A stretch of 64,000 nt of DNA from Acidobacteriota bacterium (lineage in GTDB: Bacteria > Acidobacteriota > Blastocatellia > RBC074): positions 10,242 to 74,241 of the forward strand of contig JAJVID010000004.1 in the NCBI GenBank assembly GCA_022072205.1, in the 5' to 3' direction. The notes beneath the pieces are model-generated. The model searched no databases and was not told the origin of the DNA. It worked only from the letters and a program-made list of their open reading frames with translations. The stretch's first letter is position 1. The number at the start of each line of letters is the position of its first letter. Positions 62,342 through 64,000 of this stretch are shown one piece after another. The translations under genes and the position numbers were made by a program.

Positions 62342-62493
62342 GGCTAAATCGGAACAGCAAAGATTGGTACAACCCACCGCAGAGTGCGCAGAGGTACGCA
62401 GGGGAAAGACCTGTCTGGATCGTTCTCTGCGTTCCTCTGCGACCCTCTGCGGTTGGTCTCTCTTTACCAATGTTGCGTGGTCTGATTTAGCCA
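62342..62493. repeat. MITE-like repeat family B, copy 2 (GGCTAAATC ... GATTTAGCC)
   Basis: ggctaaatcggaacagcaaagattggtacaacccaccgcagagtgcgcagagg...ctctgcggttggtctctctttaccaatgttgcgtggtctgatttagcc shares termini, the internal GATTGGTAC/CCAATG box and CAGAG repeats with 32175-32323. Confidence 0.7.
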
Positions 62494-62679
62494 TCGTCTC
62501 GACCCAAACGCCTCGCGCCAGCTTTGACTCTTCGGCGCAGAGGACTTGATAAATCAAACCATTTACCCAAAAAAGCTGTTTGCAGGCTTCCAGATTGACA
62601 CCTTGTGAAATCATGTGCTAATTATCTCAGCTTAACTAACAAGCGGTTTTTATCACCGTAGCTGACTGTGTAGCGACTT

Positions 62680-63198
62680 TTGAACTCTTTGGAAGAGAGG
62701 AGCGAGGAGCCTGTGGCCTTGACAGTCCCAATCTTAGCGTTAGCCCTTGCTGAAAGCGTGCTGAGCATTGACGGGTCGTTTCTATTTGTTTTCATCTCCA
62801 TCCTTTTGCTGATCTTCATACTCAATCACACTCTTTACAAACCTATCAATCAGGTTTTGGAGGAGCGGGATCGTTTAGGCGCGGGCCGGATTGGCGAAGC
62901 GCGCCAGATGCTGGCCGAATATGAAGAACGGCTGAAGCGTTACGAATCACAGTTGCGCGAGGCTCGCGGCGAGGCGTACCAGCGGTTGGAAGCCGATCGT
63001 CGAGAGGCGACGCTCGGTCGCCAGCGAATGATCGCTGAGACGAAAGCCGATGTGTCCGCGCAGATCGAAGCTGCAAAACAGGAGATGGCAAAGCAGGCGA
63101 CGGGCGCCAGGCAGAATCTTGAAAACGAAGCGCGGGCGATGGCCGCGACCATCTCTTCTCAAATTCTGCATCGCCCGGTCAGCGCGGGAGGGAAGTGA
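62680..63198 (+). CDS. F-type ATP synthase F0 subunit b' (b-type stator subunit)
   Basis: N-terminal TM helix then a long charged coiled coil ([27 protein letters not shown]...). The start may be the GTG near 62713. Confidence 0.75.
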   Translation: MNSLEERSEEPVALTVPILALALAESVLSIDGSFLFVFISILLLIFILNHTLYKPINQVLEERDRLGAGRIGEARQMLAEYEERLKRYESQLREARGEAYQRLEADRREATLGRQRMIAETKADVSAQIEAAKQEMAKQATGARQNLENEARAMAATISSQILHRPVSAGGK

Positions 63199-63204
63199 AA
63201 GGCC

Positions 63205-63735
63205 ATGACCGGATCACATCAACTTCGTTCAATCGCGTTCTTCGTTCCAGCGATGTTTCTGATTCATCCTGGGATTCCGAAAGCCGTCAACCTGACCATC
63301 TTCATTGTAGTTTTGTATTTGTTGCTGCGCCGCCCGACGCGCGAGTTTTTCAGCGCCCGGCTGGCCAGCGTGCGTGAAATGCTCGACCGGGCTGCGCGCG
63401 AAAAACAGGCTGCTGCGGCGAAGATGGCTGAACTCGACACGAGACTCAACCGCCTGGATGCGGAATTGGCGGAGATCAAAGCGCAATCCGAACGCGAAGC
63501 CGCCGCTGAACGCGCGCGAATGGAATCGGAAACGAAGAAGGACATTGAGAAGATTCGTGAAATGGCCGGGCGCGAGATCGAATCGGCAAAGCAGGTGGCG
63601 ATGGCTGACCTGCGTGAATTCGCCGCGACCAAAGCCGTTGATCTGGCGGAGCAGATGATCCGCCGCGAGATGACTCCCGCCGATGACGCCAAACTGGTCG
63701 AGCGCGCCGGCAGTGAAATGAGCAAAGTGAAATAG
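63205..63735 (+). CDS. atpF: F-type ATP synthase F0 subunit b
   Basis: TM helix ([10 protein letters not shown]) and an E/K/R/A-rich coiled coil. It follows the b' gene. Confidence 0.8.
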   Translation: MTGSHQLRSIAFFVPAMFLIHPGIPKAVNLTIFIVVLYLLLRRPTREFFSARLASVREMLDRAAREKQAAAAKMAELDTRLNRLDAELAEIKAQSEREAAAERARMESETKKDIEKIREMAGREIESAKQVAMADLREFAATKAVDLAEQMIRREMTPADDAKLVERAGSEMSKVK

Positions 63736-63743
63736 AGGCAGTT

Positions 63744-63780
63744 GGCGCCTGGTGGTTGGAAAAACTTTCAACCAGGCGCC
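63744..63780 (+). other. Stem-loop GGCGCCTGGT...ACCAGGCGCC between atpF and atpH
   Basis: Inverted repeat seen directly. There is no U-tract; it is likely an intra-operon processing or attenuation hairpin. Confidence 0.4.
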
Positions 63781-63805
63781 AGACGCCGGCCACCAACCAC
63801 CAATT

Positions 63806-64000
63806 TATGAGCGTAACCACAATCGCCAATCGTTATGCGCGCGCGCTGGCTGACGTAATCATCGAGCGCCGCGAAACGAACGAAGTCGTGACGGAACTGG
63901 ACAGCTTTGCGCGGATGATGGACGGGCACTCGCAATTGCGCGATGTGTTCGCCAGCCCTGTGATCGCCGTAGAACGCAAGCGCGCCGTGCTCGGCGAGTT
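63806..64000 (+). CDS. atpH: F-type ATP synthase subunit delta (OSCP), N-terminal part; runs off the window end
   Basis: [23 protein letters not shown]... is the typical delta-subunit N-terminus. Confidence 0.7.

Noticed and set aside
63744-63780. Rho-independent terminator after atpF
   Set aside because: There is a hairpin but no U-tract, and the operon continues into atpH 26 nt later, so it is annotated only as a stem-loop.

Overview
This 64 kb window is high-GC (about 62-65% by eye), densely coded bacterial chromosome with no rRNA, tRNA or CRISPR that I can support. Gene content points to a soil Acidobacteria-like (Solibacter/Bryobacter-type) genome; the main clue is a PQQ sugar dehydrogenase carrying a 'Solibacter-type' Ig-like C-terminal extension, and this is an inference. 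The region is unusually rich in redox and c-type cytochrome genes and in small palindromic repeat elements. Gene order along the window: a partial P-type Ca2+-type ATPase; a PAS hybrid histidine kinase plus sigma54 (NtrC-type) response regulator; a divergently placed MtoA/MtoB-like porin-cytochrome cluster (decaheme cytochrome, 710-aa beta-barrel, monoheme cytochrome c, CymA/NapC-like tetraheme quinol dehydrogenase, small membrane protein); a DksA/TraR-UspA-response regulator operon; pfkA; hsp20; a GerW/YtfJ-like protein; a phosphotransferase/P-loop fusion with a pentaheme cytochrome; a PNPOx-like protein; an alpha-glucan phosphorylase with an in-frame repeat insertion; a DUF3365 heme protein; an AI-2E transporter; DUF883; a DUF374 plus cytoplasmic TPP enzyme operon; a four-gene operon containing a Tat-exported TPP enzyme and a membrane cytochrome c; a carboxylesterase; a cytochrome c/copper-monooxygenase-like fusion; mgtA; an outer-membrane factor/adaptor/RND efflux operon; a stand-alone formate dehydrogenase alpha subunit; corA; a 2216-aa single ORF that joins a TamB-like protein to a TamA-like Omp85 beta-barrel; a low-GC two-gene toxin-antitoxin-like module; selB; the PQQ dehydrogenase; and the start of the F-type ATP synthase operon (b', b, delta). 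The most noteworthy candidates are the TamB-Omp85 fusion, the Mto-type extracellular electron transfer cluster with its flanking regulators, the Tat-exported TPP enzyme/cytochrome c operon, and several families of palindromic MITE/REP-like repeats, one of which (GCAATCC heptamer arrays) sits in-frame inside two conserved genes.
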